Translations under genes and position numbers: made by a program
Origin: an uncultured Gammaproteobacteria bacterium
Lineage (GTDB): Bacteria > Pseudomonadota > Gammaproteobacteria > Chromatiales > Chromatiaceae
Assembly: GCA_963797085.1 (NCBI GenBank)
Contig: CAWCOA010000025.1
Span: 80,065 to 144,064, forward strand
Length of the DNA: 64,000 nucleotides
Direction: 5' to 3'
Shown here: piece after piece, positions 10,837-20,805 of the stretch
Numbering within the stretch: position 1 is the first letter of the stretch
Layout of the letters: the number at the start of each line of letters is the position of its first letter
Notes under the pieces: generated by a model
What the model was told of the DNA's origin: nothing
Database searches by the model: none
What the model saw: only the letters and a program-made list of their open reading frames with translations

Positions 10837-11772
10837 TTAGTAAAAATAACGTACGAAGTGAAAGAACAGGGGTGCGGTAAAAGTAAGGCTGTCTATTCGA
10901 TCAAGAATCCCACCATGACCAGGTAATAGGTTACTGCTGTCCTTGACACCGATATCCCGTTTCAAAGCCGAGATGGTCACATCCCCGACAAAGCCACCAG
11001 TACCAATCATAAGACCGGCAATCAACGCCATCTGCCAGTCAAGGGGAGTCAGCAGTGGGGCGACCACTAGAGCCATAACCGTGGTTGTCAACACGCCACC
11101 GATAAAACCTTCCCATGTCTTATTAGGACTGACCTTGGGTATCACCTTATGTCGACCCAGCAATTTACCCCACAGATATTGTGCGACATCGTTGAACTGG
11201 GTGAGAAAAACCAGGTAAAGCAGTAATCCTGCACCGACTGCCAGCATGTTCTCCGTATCCGGCAAGACCAGTAGATAGGCTACGTGACTGATACTGAAGA
11301 CCATGGTCATCAGTCCCCAATGCAGGGTACCGGCAGCCTGTAGGAAAGCTCTCGTTTCACCGATAATGACCATGCGCATAGGCAGAAACAGGAACATGAA
11401 AACCGGGATAAAGATGATAAACATGCCATACCAGCCGATTGCCACCCAGTAGTACTGCAGTGGAATCGCCAGATAGGCCCAAAACAGTACGCGCCTGTCA
11501 GCCCTTCGGGTGGGAATGATGGAAAAATATTCCTTCAGTGCCAAAAAGCTGATGAAGCCAAAAAAGATCAATGAGATTGTACGTGATAAGAGTAATGCGG
11601 CAGTGAATATACTGATCATCAGCCACCAGGAACGGATGCGCAGACCAAGTTCTGTGTATTCACCTGAGCTTTTTGTTTTAAGGATGAACAGTATCAGACT
11701 GGCCAACAGCAGAATCCCGTAGAGCCCCGCCAGTGACCAGAGAACGTTCGGATCCACCTGTGAGAGGATCAT
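10837..11772 (-). CDS. phosphatidate cytidylyltransferase family protein (CdsA paralogue, YnbB-like)
   Basis: Multi-pass membrane ORF of 311 aa with the CdsA signature SALKRDIGVKDSSNLLPGHGGILDRIDS. ATGA overlap with the upstream CDP-alcohol transferase gene. Confidence 0.9.
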   Translation of the reverse strand: MILSQVDPNVLWSLAGLYGILLLASLILFILKTKSSGEYTELGLRIRSWWLMISIFTAALLLSRTISLIFFGFISFLALKEYFSIIPTRRADRRVLFWAYLAIPLQYYWVAIGWYGMFIIFIPVFMFLFLPMRMVIIGETRAFLQAAGTLHWGLMTMVFSISHVAYLLVLPDTENMLAVGAGLLLYLVFLTQFNDVAQYLWGKLLGRHKVIPKVSPNKTWEGFIGGVLTTTVMALVVAPLLTPLDWQMALIAGLMIGTGGFVGDVTISALKRDIGVKDSSNLLPGHGGILDRIDSLTFTAPLFFHFVRYFY

Positions 11773-12374
11773 GAGAGCTCCTTCAGGGCAAGACGCGCCC
11801 GATTGAAGATAGTGAGCATGGACATCAGCAGTACGATGCTCAGTAATCCGTTCACCCAGGGGAGGGGCTCCACACCGATCCCCAATATCAAAGCGATGAA
11901 ACCGAAGACAAATGCCCTATCACTCTTACCCATGGGCCCGTCATAGCGACGACTGGCCCCGATTTGTACGGACACCACACCGGCCATCTCGCCGATTATG
12001 GCAAACAATACAATCAGCACAACCAGGATGGGCGAGATGCCTGTTACCCAGCAAAATGGAAGATAGAGTGCCGCATCAGAAACCACATCGCCCAGTTCAT
12101 TCAGCATGGCGCCAAGTGACGATTGCATCGCATGTTCCCTGGCTAACATGCCATCAATGGCATTCAGCGCCATACGCAGAAACAGCACAAGTGGAATCAA
12201 TAACAGCGGCCATTTCTGCTCAGGGTAACTAATCAGCATGGCGCCGCAGAGAACAGAAAGCACCAAGGCTGAAAGAGTCACTTGATTGGCGCTGATTCCG
12301 GCAGCCGCCAGGCGCCTGGTACTGGGTCTAAGCAGACCTTGGAATTTTGGTTTCAGATCATAAACAGATGGCAT
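11769..12374 (-). CDS. CDP-alcohol phosphatidyltransferase family protein (YnbA-like, 201 aa)
   Basis: Carries the motif D-x2-DG-x2-AR-x8-G-x3-D-x3-D, seen as AIDGMLAREHAMQSSLGAMLNELGDVVSD. Same size as E. coli YnbA and same pairing with a CdsA paralogue. Confidence 0.85.
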   Translation of the reverse strand: MPSVYDLKPKFQGLLRPSTRRLAAAGISANQVTLSALVLSVLCGAMLISYPEQKWPLLLIPLVLFLRMALNAIDGMLAREHAMQSSLGAMLNELGDVVSDAALYLPFCWVTGISPILVVLIVLFAIIGEMAGVVSVQIGASRRYDGPMGKSDRAFVFGFIALILGIGVEPLPWVNGLLSIVLLMSMLTIFNRARLALKELS

Positions 12375-12589
12375 ACCGCATCCTTATTGCTGATATTGAT
12401 CAGGTTTCCTTATCGACATGTAGCCTAAATATAGATCTATTGGATCAATAACCCTATGTACTCAGAGCAAATGAGCAGTAAAAGTGTGCACCTAGCGCAC
12501 ACTTTGACGTCGATTCATCCAAGCGAGCCTCAGAAACGATACATCAGACCGAGATATCCCCCGCCGACGTTAGGTTCATCGACAATCGG

Positions 12590-12766
12590 GCTGTCGGAAA
12601 AGCCCTGGTCGCATACCTTGAAGAGGGTCGGCCGAAAGGAAGTACCAGTCGCCAGGTCTTCTTACGATGCCAACCGCCGTTTTCGCCATTAACTACCAGC
12701 AACGCTGTCGTAAGGGTGGTACGGCAAGCGCTGCAGCGGGCGGGTGTGGCCAAACAACCCCATGTC
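12590..12766 (+). pseudogene. fragment of a RitA-type tyrosine recombinase (remnant of a second RIT element)
   Basis: AVGKALVAYLEEGRPKGSTSRQVFLRCQPPFSPLTTSNAVVRVVRQALQRAGVAKQPHV aligns with residues about 300-360 of the intact RitA at 57099-58349 (DVGNALVAYLEDGRPTGSTSRQIFLQCHPPFQPLATSNAVVKVVRRALQRAGVAKQPRV). Nucleotide identity is roughly 80-85% by eye. Homology stops abruptly on both sides. Confidence 0.8.
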
Positions 12767-12793
12767 GAAGGTCTCATCGCCTTCCAAGGTCAG

Positions 12794-13159
12794 TTACAGC
12801 AGCAGTACATCCCGGTTAGGTTCGGGTACCAGACGCTGGGTCAGGGTAAAACGGGGGTGCCGATGGACGACCTGAGCGGCGGGAATCCCCGGAGCCGGGG
12901 TCTCTACACTGCAATCCTCGAGAGTCTTGACCTCCTCCCAGAAGCCGGCGTTATCGGCCACGATGAACCCCAGGTCGCGCAGCTGCGGGATGTCGACACG
13001 TGGGTAGTAGACCTCGTTGAGGATGCCTCGGCCCAGCGTGAACCAGACTCGCGCCGGTTCCAGACTGGTGCCCACCAGTTGCTTGGCGCCTTCACACCAG
13101 TTCGGTGGAGAACCGGGTGCGCCCGGGGCCTGATCCGCAGTGAAGGAATCTACGCTCAT
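12794..13159 (-). pseudogene. 5' fragment (about 120 codons) of a GH15 glucoamylase gene
   Basis: APGAPGSPPNWCEGAKQLVGTSLEPARVWFTLGRGILNEVYYPRVDIPQLRDLGFIVADNAGFWEEVK is the conserved N-terminal domain of bacterial glucoamylases. The ORF ends at TAA 12794-12796, and the remaining roughly 650 codons are replaced by the RitA fragment. Confidence 0.75.
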
Positions 13160-14707
13160 GAGCCTTGCGGGGACTTTGCGGGATCGGTAGTGGCGCGCGG
13201 ATGTGAAAGGGTTGGGGAGAGCCAGGTATGGCCATAACGGGCCACAAGGCGTTCGGCCGCCTCCGGCCCCCAGCCCCCGGCCTGATAGTTGGGAAAATCA
13301 GAGGCCGGGTTGGCCTCCCAGACCTCCAGCACTGGTTGCAGCAATTGCCAGGCGGCCCGCACCTGGTCGGCGCGCATGAACAGAGTAGAGTCACCTTCCA
13401 GCAGGTCCTGCAGCAGGGTCTCGTAGGCGCCTGGGGATGCCTTGCCGAACGCATCCTGATAGGCAAAGCGCATATCCACTGGACGCAGGCGCAGCGGCGA
13501 ACCCGGCTCCTTGGCCATGAATTTGAGGATGATGCCTTCCTGCGGCTGGAGCTGTAAGACCAGCCGGACCGGTTGGGCATTCAGCCCGGTGGCGGCGGGG
13601 AATGCATTGTGCGGCACGTCACGGAAGCGGATGGAAACCTCCGAAACAGTCTCGGCCAGGCGTTTGCCGGTGCGCAGGTAGAACGGCACATCCTGCCAAC
13701 GCCAGTTATCGATCAGCAGGCGTCAGCGCCGCATAGGTTTCGCGGTTGGAGTCCGGCGCGATACCCGGTTCATCGCGGTAGCCGCTTGCGCGTTCGCCCT
13801 GGTTCCAGCCCGCCGCATACTGACCGCGAACTGCGAACTGGGCGACGGCGTCTGGCGGTATGCGTCCGACAGGCGCGCAGCACATCGACCTTCTTGTTGC
13901 GGATGTCCTCGGCGTCATAGACCACCGGTGGCTCCATGGCGATCAGGCACATGATCTGCAGCAGGTGGTTCTGCACCATGTCGCGCAATGCACCTGCCTG
14001 TTCATAGTAGCCTGCGCGGTGTCCGACGCCCAGGGTCTCTGCCACGGTGATGGTACATGATCGATATAGCGGCGGTTCCAGATGGGCTCGAAGATCGCGT
14101 TGGCGAAGCGCATCGCCAGAATATTCTGCACCGTCTCCTTGCCGAGGAAATGGTCGATACGATAGATCTGGCTTTCGCGAAAATGCGCCGCCAGGGTTTC
14201 ATTGATCCGCTCAAAAGATTCCAGGTCACGCCCCAGAGGCTTCTCCACCACGATGCGCGCCCGCTGTCTGTCTCTGGCAAGTCCGGCGGCGGCCAGGCCA
14301 CCCGCCACGGCGCCAAACAGGCTCGGTGGGATCGCCAGGTAGAAAACGATGGCTTCATCGTGATCGCCACGGGGTGCCGCAAGCAGTGCTTTCAGTCCCT
14401 GGTAGCCTTGCACATCGTTCAGATCCATGGCATGGGTGTGAATAGCGGCGGCAAAGTCATCCCACTCCTCCGGGTTCGGCGCGCCGCGTCGGGAAAAGTG
14501 CTCGATGCCGTCACGCAGCCGCGCCGCCAGTGTTGTGTCATCCAGTTCACGATCGACCCCGATGAGCCGGAAATCGTCGGGCAGCTGCTGGTCAAGGTAG
14601 AGATTGAACAGGGCTGGGACAACCAACCGCCAGGCCAGATCACCGGCGGCGCCGAACAGCACAAAGGTTGCCTTATCCGGGAAGGGTAAAATCGGCTTAA
14701 CGCTCAT
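13156..14707 (-). pseudogene. zwf: glucose-6-phosphate dehydrogenase with three frameshifts
   Basis: Four ORF pieces join into a full Zwf: [34 protein letters not shown] | [38 protein letters not shown] | [24 protein letters not shown] | RLLIDNWRWQDVPFYLRTGKRL... The indels are at about 14052, 13871 and 13727. Confidence 0.9.
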
Positions 14708-15850
14708 GGCATCGCACCTTGTAATGCTAATGTGCCGAGTGTAGTGAGCAGCTTTCGGTAGGGTGAGACGAACTTCTCGATACCTTCCTCCTCCAACTGG
14801 TCGTCAATCTGCTGCAGCTCGATACTGAGGTCGGCCAGACCTTGCATGATGCGGGGCGCATCGGCGATGGCCTGATCGATGCGCAGCTGCGGTTCGCCCT
14901 GTTCCCGGTATGCCGCCAAGGTCTCTGGCGGTAGTGTATTGACGGTCTGCGGGGCGATCAGGGGCTCCACATATTTCACCGCACTATAACTTGGGTCTTT
15001 GACGCCGGTACTGGCCCACAGCAAGCGCTGGACCTGCGCACCGGCTTGCGCCAGCGCCTGCCAACGGGAACCCGCAGTGATTTCACGGAAGTGCCGGTAG
15101 GCCTCGGCGGCGCTGGCGATGGCCGCCTGGCCGTGCAATGCATGGCAGGCCGCTGCCTGTGGCGGCTGACTCTCGGCTATCTGATCGAGCTGAGCATCCA
15201 CCACGACATCGATGCGACTCAGGAAAAAGCTCGCCACAGAGGCAACCCCCATCAGCGGCAATCCCTTGGCCCGGCGGGCCTCCAGCCCATCCATGTATGC
15301 ATCGAGCACCTGCTGGTAACGCGTCACCGAGAACAGCAGGGTCACATTGACGTTGATTCCCTCGGCGAGCAGGGTGCGTACCGCCGGCAGGCCTTCAAGG
15401 GTGCCCGGAACCTTGATCATGATGTTGGGTCGCGCCAGCTTGTTCCATAACACCCGCGCCTCGGCCACCGTGGCCTCGGTGTCGCGGGCCAGCAGCGGCG
15501 AAACCTCGATACTCACATAGCCGTCGGCGCCGTTGCTGGCATCATACAGGTCGCGAAACAGGTCGGCCGCCGCCCCGATATCCTCCAGTATCAAGTGTTC
15601 GTAGAGCTGTTCCCGGGTCGTTCCCTGCTGTTTCAGCAGCTGAATCTCTTCGTGTATAGGCAGCGCCCTTGGCGATGGCCTTTTCGAATATCGCGGGGTT
15701 GGAGGTCAGGCCTGCGAGACCATCCTCGCTGATCAAGCGTTGCAAAGCACCATCCTGGAACATGGCCCGCTCGATATAGTCCAGCCATACACTTTGTCCA
15801 AGGGATGGAGTTGTAAGACGATTGTGTGCATATGACCCGGTATGTGAGAT
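14704..15850 (-). pseudogene. tal: transaldolase with at least one frameshift and no in-frame start
   Basis: [49 protein letters not shown] is followed by a frame change near 15651-15654 into [41 protein letters not shown]... The only nearby ATG (15829-15831) is out of frame, next to a cacaca repeat. Confidence 0.85.
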
Positions 15851-15893
15851 TCATGCACATTACTACCGTCCATGATGAAGGGGTCAGTCCGTT

Positions 15894-16971
15894 TCATAAC
15901 CATTTGTTGCGTTTAAACAAGTAGAGCATAAGACCTGAAATCGCAACCATCACCAACCAGATAGCCGGATAACCATAGTCCCAGCGCAGCTCCGGCATGG
16001 CCCACCAGCTCTGGGTATTGTTGCCGAAATTCATGCCGTACACACCGACGATGAAGGTCAAGGGGATAAACAGTGTGGCGATGATGGTGAGCAGGCGCAT
16101 CGACTCGTTGAGCCGGTTGCTGACACTTGAAAGATAGACCTCCAGCATACTGGCCGCCATTTCGCGATAGCTCTCCATCAAATCCATGATCTGCACGGTA
16201 TGGTCATAACAGTCGCGCAGGTACATGCGCGTGTCCTGTTCGATACAGGGACACTCCTCGCGGTACAGCCTGACCAGCATCTCCCGCTGCGGCCAGAGCA
16301 TGCGCCGTATCAGCAACAGGTCGCGGCGCACCTGATGTATCTCGGCCAGGGTATCCTGGCCTGGACTGTCCAGCAGTTGCTCCTCCAATGCCTCGATCTG
16401 CTCACCGTATCGCTCCAGCAGAGGGAAAGCCATGATCGACGATATTGTCCAGCAGCGCATACAGGAGGTAGTCACTCTGTCGTGAGCGGATCTTTCCACT
16501 GTGCGCCCGCAGGCGCATGCGCACCGGCTCGAACGGATCGTCCGGCGCATCATGAAAACTCACCAGGAACCCATTCCCCATAAACAGGCTGATTTGTTCA
16601 GTCCTGGTTCTGCCGTCATCATCTTCTACCGGCAGGTGAACAATGGCAAAGAGCTGATCGTCATATTCTTCCAACTTGGAGCGCTGCCCGGTGTTGGCAA
16701 CGTCTTCCAGTGCGAGTGGGTGCAGATGTAGCAGGCGTCCAAGTTCGTGCAGGGTCTCGGCCGAGGTGCCGCCGCGAATATGCACCCAGGTGGTCGAATC
16801 CGCATTCTCCAGATATGGTTCGATCTCTGTTGCAGAGGCCAATTCCTGTTCAAAAAACTCCACACCAGAGTAGTCGATGAGGTGGATCGTAAACGGCACA
16901 CCTGAGACGAGGGGTTCCAAGGTGCCAGGCGCGGTGCCGGGCGGGTGATAGCTCTTGCCGAAAACCTTCAC
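15894..16971 (-). pseudogene. corA: CorA Mg2+/Co2+ transporter with one frameshift
   Basis: MKVFGKSYHPPGTAPG..LLYALLDNIVDHGFP is followed by a frame change near 16432-16437 into LLERYGEQIEALEEQL..FIVGVYGMNF (GMN motif)..FKRNKWL. Confidence 0.9.
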
Positions 16972-17297
16972 TGCTCTGTTCGCCTCCTGATGGGGTGCAT
17001 GTTGTGACCCGGATCTACGGGTCTCTTTTAAGTTAGTTTATCATGCCGGGTGATGCGGGCATCCAACTTACTTAGGCAACTTTAAACGTCAACAATGGTG
17101 CTTTCCAGATCAAATATCAGTTCATGGTTGCTGCATATCGCAGGTTAATTTATCGGGCTCATCTTGATGCTTGCGTCTTGTTTTCTTGCCGTGGAACTGA
17201 GATACAAAAGTTAATCATCGTGGCTCGGGTCGATCGCGTCCGATGCCCACGCGTTGCCTAAAGATCGTCTGATAGTTGGGATGTTACTATTACTCCT

Positions 17298-18245
17298 TCA
17301 AGGTATATCCGCCCCCTGTGTTCCGTCCGGTTGCCAGCCAATATCCACTGCGCTACGGCGTACGTGGATGTCCCGCTGCGGGAACGGTATCTCGATACCA
17401 GCCCGACGCAACTCTTTCTCAATTGCATAGTTGAGATCGCTCAAGGTAACCAGTCGCTTTTCAATTTCACTGATGAAGCAGCGCAATTCGAAGTTCAGTG
17501 AACTCTCTCCAAAGCCTGTAAACAACATCTTCGGAGGACTGACTTTCTTACCATCCAACATAACCAGTGGATGTACCCTCGCCACACTCATCAGCACTTC
17601 AGTGACCTTGTCAACATCCGAGCCGTAAGCCACACCCACCGCTATCACCATGGTAACTGCACCCCAGGCAGACCAACTTAATGTATGAATGAGTGATGTA
17701 GGTATCGAGATACTCGGCGAGGTTATGGCGCCACTCCAGCGGGGCCACCAGCACTTGACCCAACGCGATCCAGATGGGCTGACTTCGCGCGAACAGGTAG
17801 TCTTTGAGCTGATCAGTCTGGAGGTCTTTAATCTGCTTGAGCAGTGTTGTGGTTTCCAAGAGAAGCGCCTGACAAGATGCCAGTCGCGCACCTGTCTCGT
17901 CGATGTTATGCGTCAGGTCCTTTTTGGCCTGCGTTACATTGCTGTCGGTGGATTCGTCGCCAGCACCCAAGGTTTTGATATTGTCCTGAAGGTTCTGTAA
18001 AGCGCTACTTGCTTCCTCTACACACTGCTGCGCCTGGTTATGAATCCCCGCCAGTGAATCGTCCGTTTTCGCAGGCAGGCTATACGACTTGTCGCGACCC
18101 ATCGCAGCCTGGCAAGATCTTCTGCAATGCGCTTGATAGCCGTATGCGCGTCCGATAACCAATCGGTTTGGGGCTCGGCCGCGAATGTTGCCAGACTGCT
18201 CACGAGGATGCAGGCAGTGATAAATGCAGCAATTAAACGTTTCAT
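17298..18245 (-). pseudogene. MscK/KefA-like mechanosensitive channel remnant (frameshift plus large internal deletion)
   Basis: Three parts survive: the signal peptide MKRLIAAFITACILVSSLATFAAEP, a coiled-coil periplasmic part (..LLKQIKDLQTDQLKDYLFARSQPIW..), and directly after it the MscS-type C-terminal domain (VTMVIAVGVAYGSDVDKV..GIEIPFPQRDIHV). All transmembrane helices are missing. The junction is at about 17640-17690 and a frameshift at about 18100-18140. Confidence 0.75.
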
Positions 18246-18447
18246 ACTGAAATACTCCTGACCCTGCAGGAAGCTATGGATAAGACTGGCGTTGCTGCTG
18301 CGGCTTCTGCTGCTAATGTTGTGATTAATAGCCTATCTGGCCATGATGGGTTTCAGACGCAATAACCTGGACAGACGCCGTCAGTTCCACAGTCAAGGTC
18401 CAGGAGCATTTTCGCAGCATGACGATCGAGCCAAGGCCAGCCTACGT

Positions 18448-18960
18448 TCAGCTTGTCTTGGCGGCAAGTCCCAACATCAATAGTGACAGGCCATCAACAA
18501 TAAGACTGACGCCAATCAGTAGTCCGACTAACCAGGCGGAGGTAGATGGCCCGCCAACAATAAACGCAAATGCAAGCAACAGCGATAATACCCCGTTAAA
18601 CATTAACCACCCCCAACCACGTCTAGGCCGCATTTCCCTGGCGGCGGCAACACCGGCAAAGCCATCCAGCAGGAAATAGATAGCCAACATCAAGCCGAGC
18701 GCCATCGTACCTGCGATGGGGTGCAAGATAATGAGCAGACCCACTGCAATCAGTATAAAAGGCTTGAGCCAGACAACCCATTGATCGCGGAAACCATGCC
18801 AAGTGATATACACAGCAATACCACCAGCGATTATCATCAGCCAACCAGCAAACAATGCGACTGCCATCGACATAAACTGCGGCAATGCGATACCTGCAAT
18901 ACCCGCCAGCAACAAGACAATACTGGTAATGATTACGATCTTACGTGATTGACTGTCCAT
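18448..18960 (-). CDS. hdeD: HdeD-family (DUF308) acid-resistance membrane protein
   Basis: MDSQSRKIVIITSIVLLLAGIAGIALP.. has six hydrophobic segments with the repeated G-rich HdeD pattern (LLDGFAGVAAA, SLIVDGLSLLML). The ATG is at 18958-18960. The frame is open upstream into the sulP remnant. Confidence 0.72.
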   Translation of the reverse strand: MDSQSRKIVIITSIVLLLAGIAGIALPQFMSMAVALFAGWLMIIAGGIAVYITWHGFRDQWVVWLKPFILIAVGLLIILHPIAGTMALGLMLAIYFLLDGFAGVAAAREMRPRRGWGWLMFNGVLSLLLAFAFIVGGPSTSAWLVGLLIGVSLIVDGLSLLMLGLAAKTS

Positions 18961-20732
18961 GATTACTTCCAGTGACTTATGCATAGCTGAAACCTTCATT
19001 ATTAGTGGGATACTTTTGTACCCGTTATGTCCTAAGCGTATCATCTCGCGGTAGGCATTCACAACATCACCTGCGGCTGCATAATAGGCATTCTCACCGA
19101 TCAGCTCGGTGAGCCCGGAACGATCCAGTTCGGCCCTGACCTCGTCCGAGACCACGGCGATGACCAGGCGGACACCCTGTCTCCTTCAGCAATCCGCTGA
19201 TTAAAAGCAAAGTCTCGGCGGCCGAAAAATCCACATCGTCGATGGCGGATGCGTCAATGCAGAACCAGTTCAGCGACGGTTGCGCATCTTCGGCCAGTTT
19301 GAGCACCTGATCCAAGAGCAATTCGGCATTCGCATAATACATGCTGTGGGTAAATCGGTAGATCATCAGGCCTGGGGCCAGCTGGGCCGGACTGCTGACC
19401 GGTAGTGCGCGCCAGTGCCCGTCATCGGTGGTCACCACCACGACGTTTTTCGGCCGATATCCGTGACGCGTATGCGCTACCAGTGAGAGGACGATGGCGA
19501 GGATGATGCCCTGCTCGACCCCCCAGAAAACCACCACCACCGTCGTTATCAACGCCACCCAGAATTCCCAGGGACGCTCAGCATAGATCTTGCGCATGCC
19601 TTTGACGTTGATCAGTTCCACACCGATTATGAACACGACAGTCGAGAGCACGGCCTCCGGCAGTACGCCAGTGGCGCGGTAAAAAACAGCAGTACCATGA
19701 GCACAATCAGCGTCGTGAACAAGCTGTGCCAGCTGGCTATGCCCGCCGGCGCTGTCGACCATCTGGGTTTTGGTCGGGCTGCCATTGACCACAAAGGTTC
19801 CGGATAGTGCTGCGCCGACGTTTGCCACACCCAGGCCGATCAGATCCAGATTTTCGTTGAAACGCTCGTTATAGCGGGTGGCGTAGGCGCGCGAGGTCGC
19901 GGCGGTCTGCGCGAGGATAACGATGAACATCGCAAAAGCGGGAGGGATCAATTTCTGAAACAGTGGCCAGTTCCAGTCGACCTCAGGAAACCCAGGAGTC
20001 GGCAATCCACTTGGAATCATCCCCAGTACATGGACGCCCTGGGATTGCAGATCCAGCGCCCAGCTGGCAGTGATAGCCCCAACTACCGCTATCAATGCCC
20101 CAGGGATTTTCTTCGAGACAAGCTTCGCCCCGATGATGATCGCGAGCACTGCTGCCGATAGGCCCAACACATAGGGATTGAGCTGTTCGAGCTGCCGCCA
20201 GTCATGCAGCATCTGGTGAAACGGGCCGTGCCCTCGCACCGGCGACGCCCAGCATTCCCGTGAACTGGCCGAGGGCGACTTGGATACCGACCCCAGTCAG
20301 GAATCCGACGAGTACCGTACGCGACAGAAAATCCGCCAAGAATCCAAGGTGCATGATGCGCGCGATAATCAGAAAGCCCGCAGCCATGAGGGCGAGTATA
20401 CTCGCCATCGCCACATATTCGGCGGTGCCGGAGGCTGCCACGCCAGCAAGGCCGATAGCGAGCATTGCAGCAGTCGCCGAGTCGGCGCCCACCACCAGGT
20501 GCCGGGATGAGCCAAAGATCGCGAACAAGGCCATCGGAATAAGGATGGTATAGAGACCGGTAACCACAGGCATGCCGGCGATCTTCGTGTAGCCCATCAC
20601 TTCGGGAATGGCGAGGGCTGCCAAAGTAAGGCCCGCAATAATCTCCCCCGGAATCTGCGAGGAGTTAACGGGCAGGATGCCCTGCAGGATGGGCCAGTGG
20701 AAATCCTTGGTATTATCCTTCACCGTCATCAT
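18961..20732 (-). pseudogene. SulP-family anion transporter (with STAS domain) carrying four indels
   Basis: The sequence runs ILPVNSSQIPGEIIAGLTLAALAIPEVMGYTKIAG..GQFTGMLGV | ..GHGPFHQMLHDW..NGSPTKTQMVDSAGGHSQLAQLV | TTLIVLMVLLFFTAPLAY | LPEAVLSTVVF..LLKETG | VRLVIAVVSDEVRAELDRSGLTELIGENAYY. The indels are near 20240, 19717, 19663 and 19174. No stop codon precedes hdeD. Confidence 0.85.
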
Positions 20733-20805
20733 CTGATCCTCCCCGGTTACGAATCGACATGCATCTGATGCTGCAGATCCGTTGTATCTTTATTAGTGTT
20801 TCCGC

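Noticed and set aside
12481-12505. 9-bp-stem hairpin AAAGTGTGC-n7-GCACACTTT upstream of the RitA fragment
   Set aside because: It is isolated, has no U-tract, is not repeated elsewhere in the window and is not present in the intact RIT element. Its function cannot be determined.
12716-13237. 173-aa ORF starting MVRQALQRAGVAKQPHV
   Set aside because: It is a chimera. Its first 17 aa are the tail of the RitA fragment, and the rest is the antisense of the GH15 and zwf coding sequence. It is not a real gene.
18448-19155. Track ORF of 235 aa read as one protein
   Set aside because: Its first about 65 aa are the STAS-domain tail of the broken sulP gene. HdeD most likely starts at the internal ATG 18958-18960. 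The read-through is kept as a finding, not as a fused CDS.
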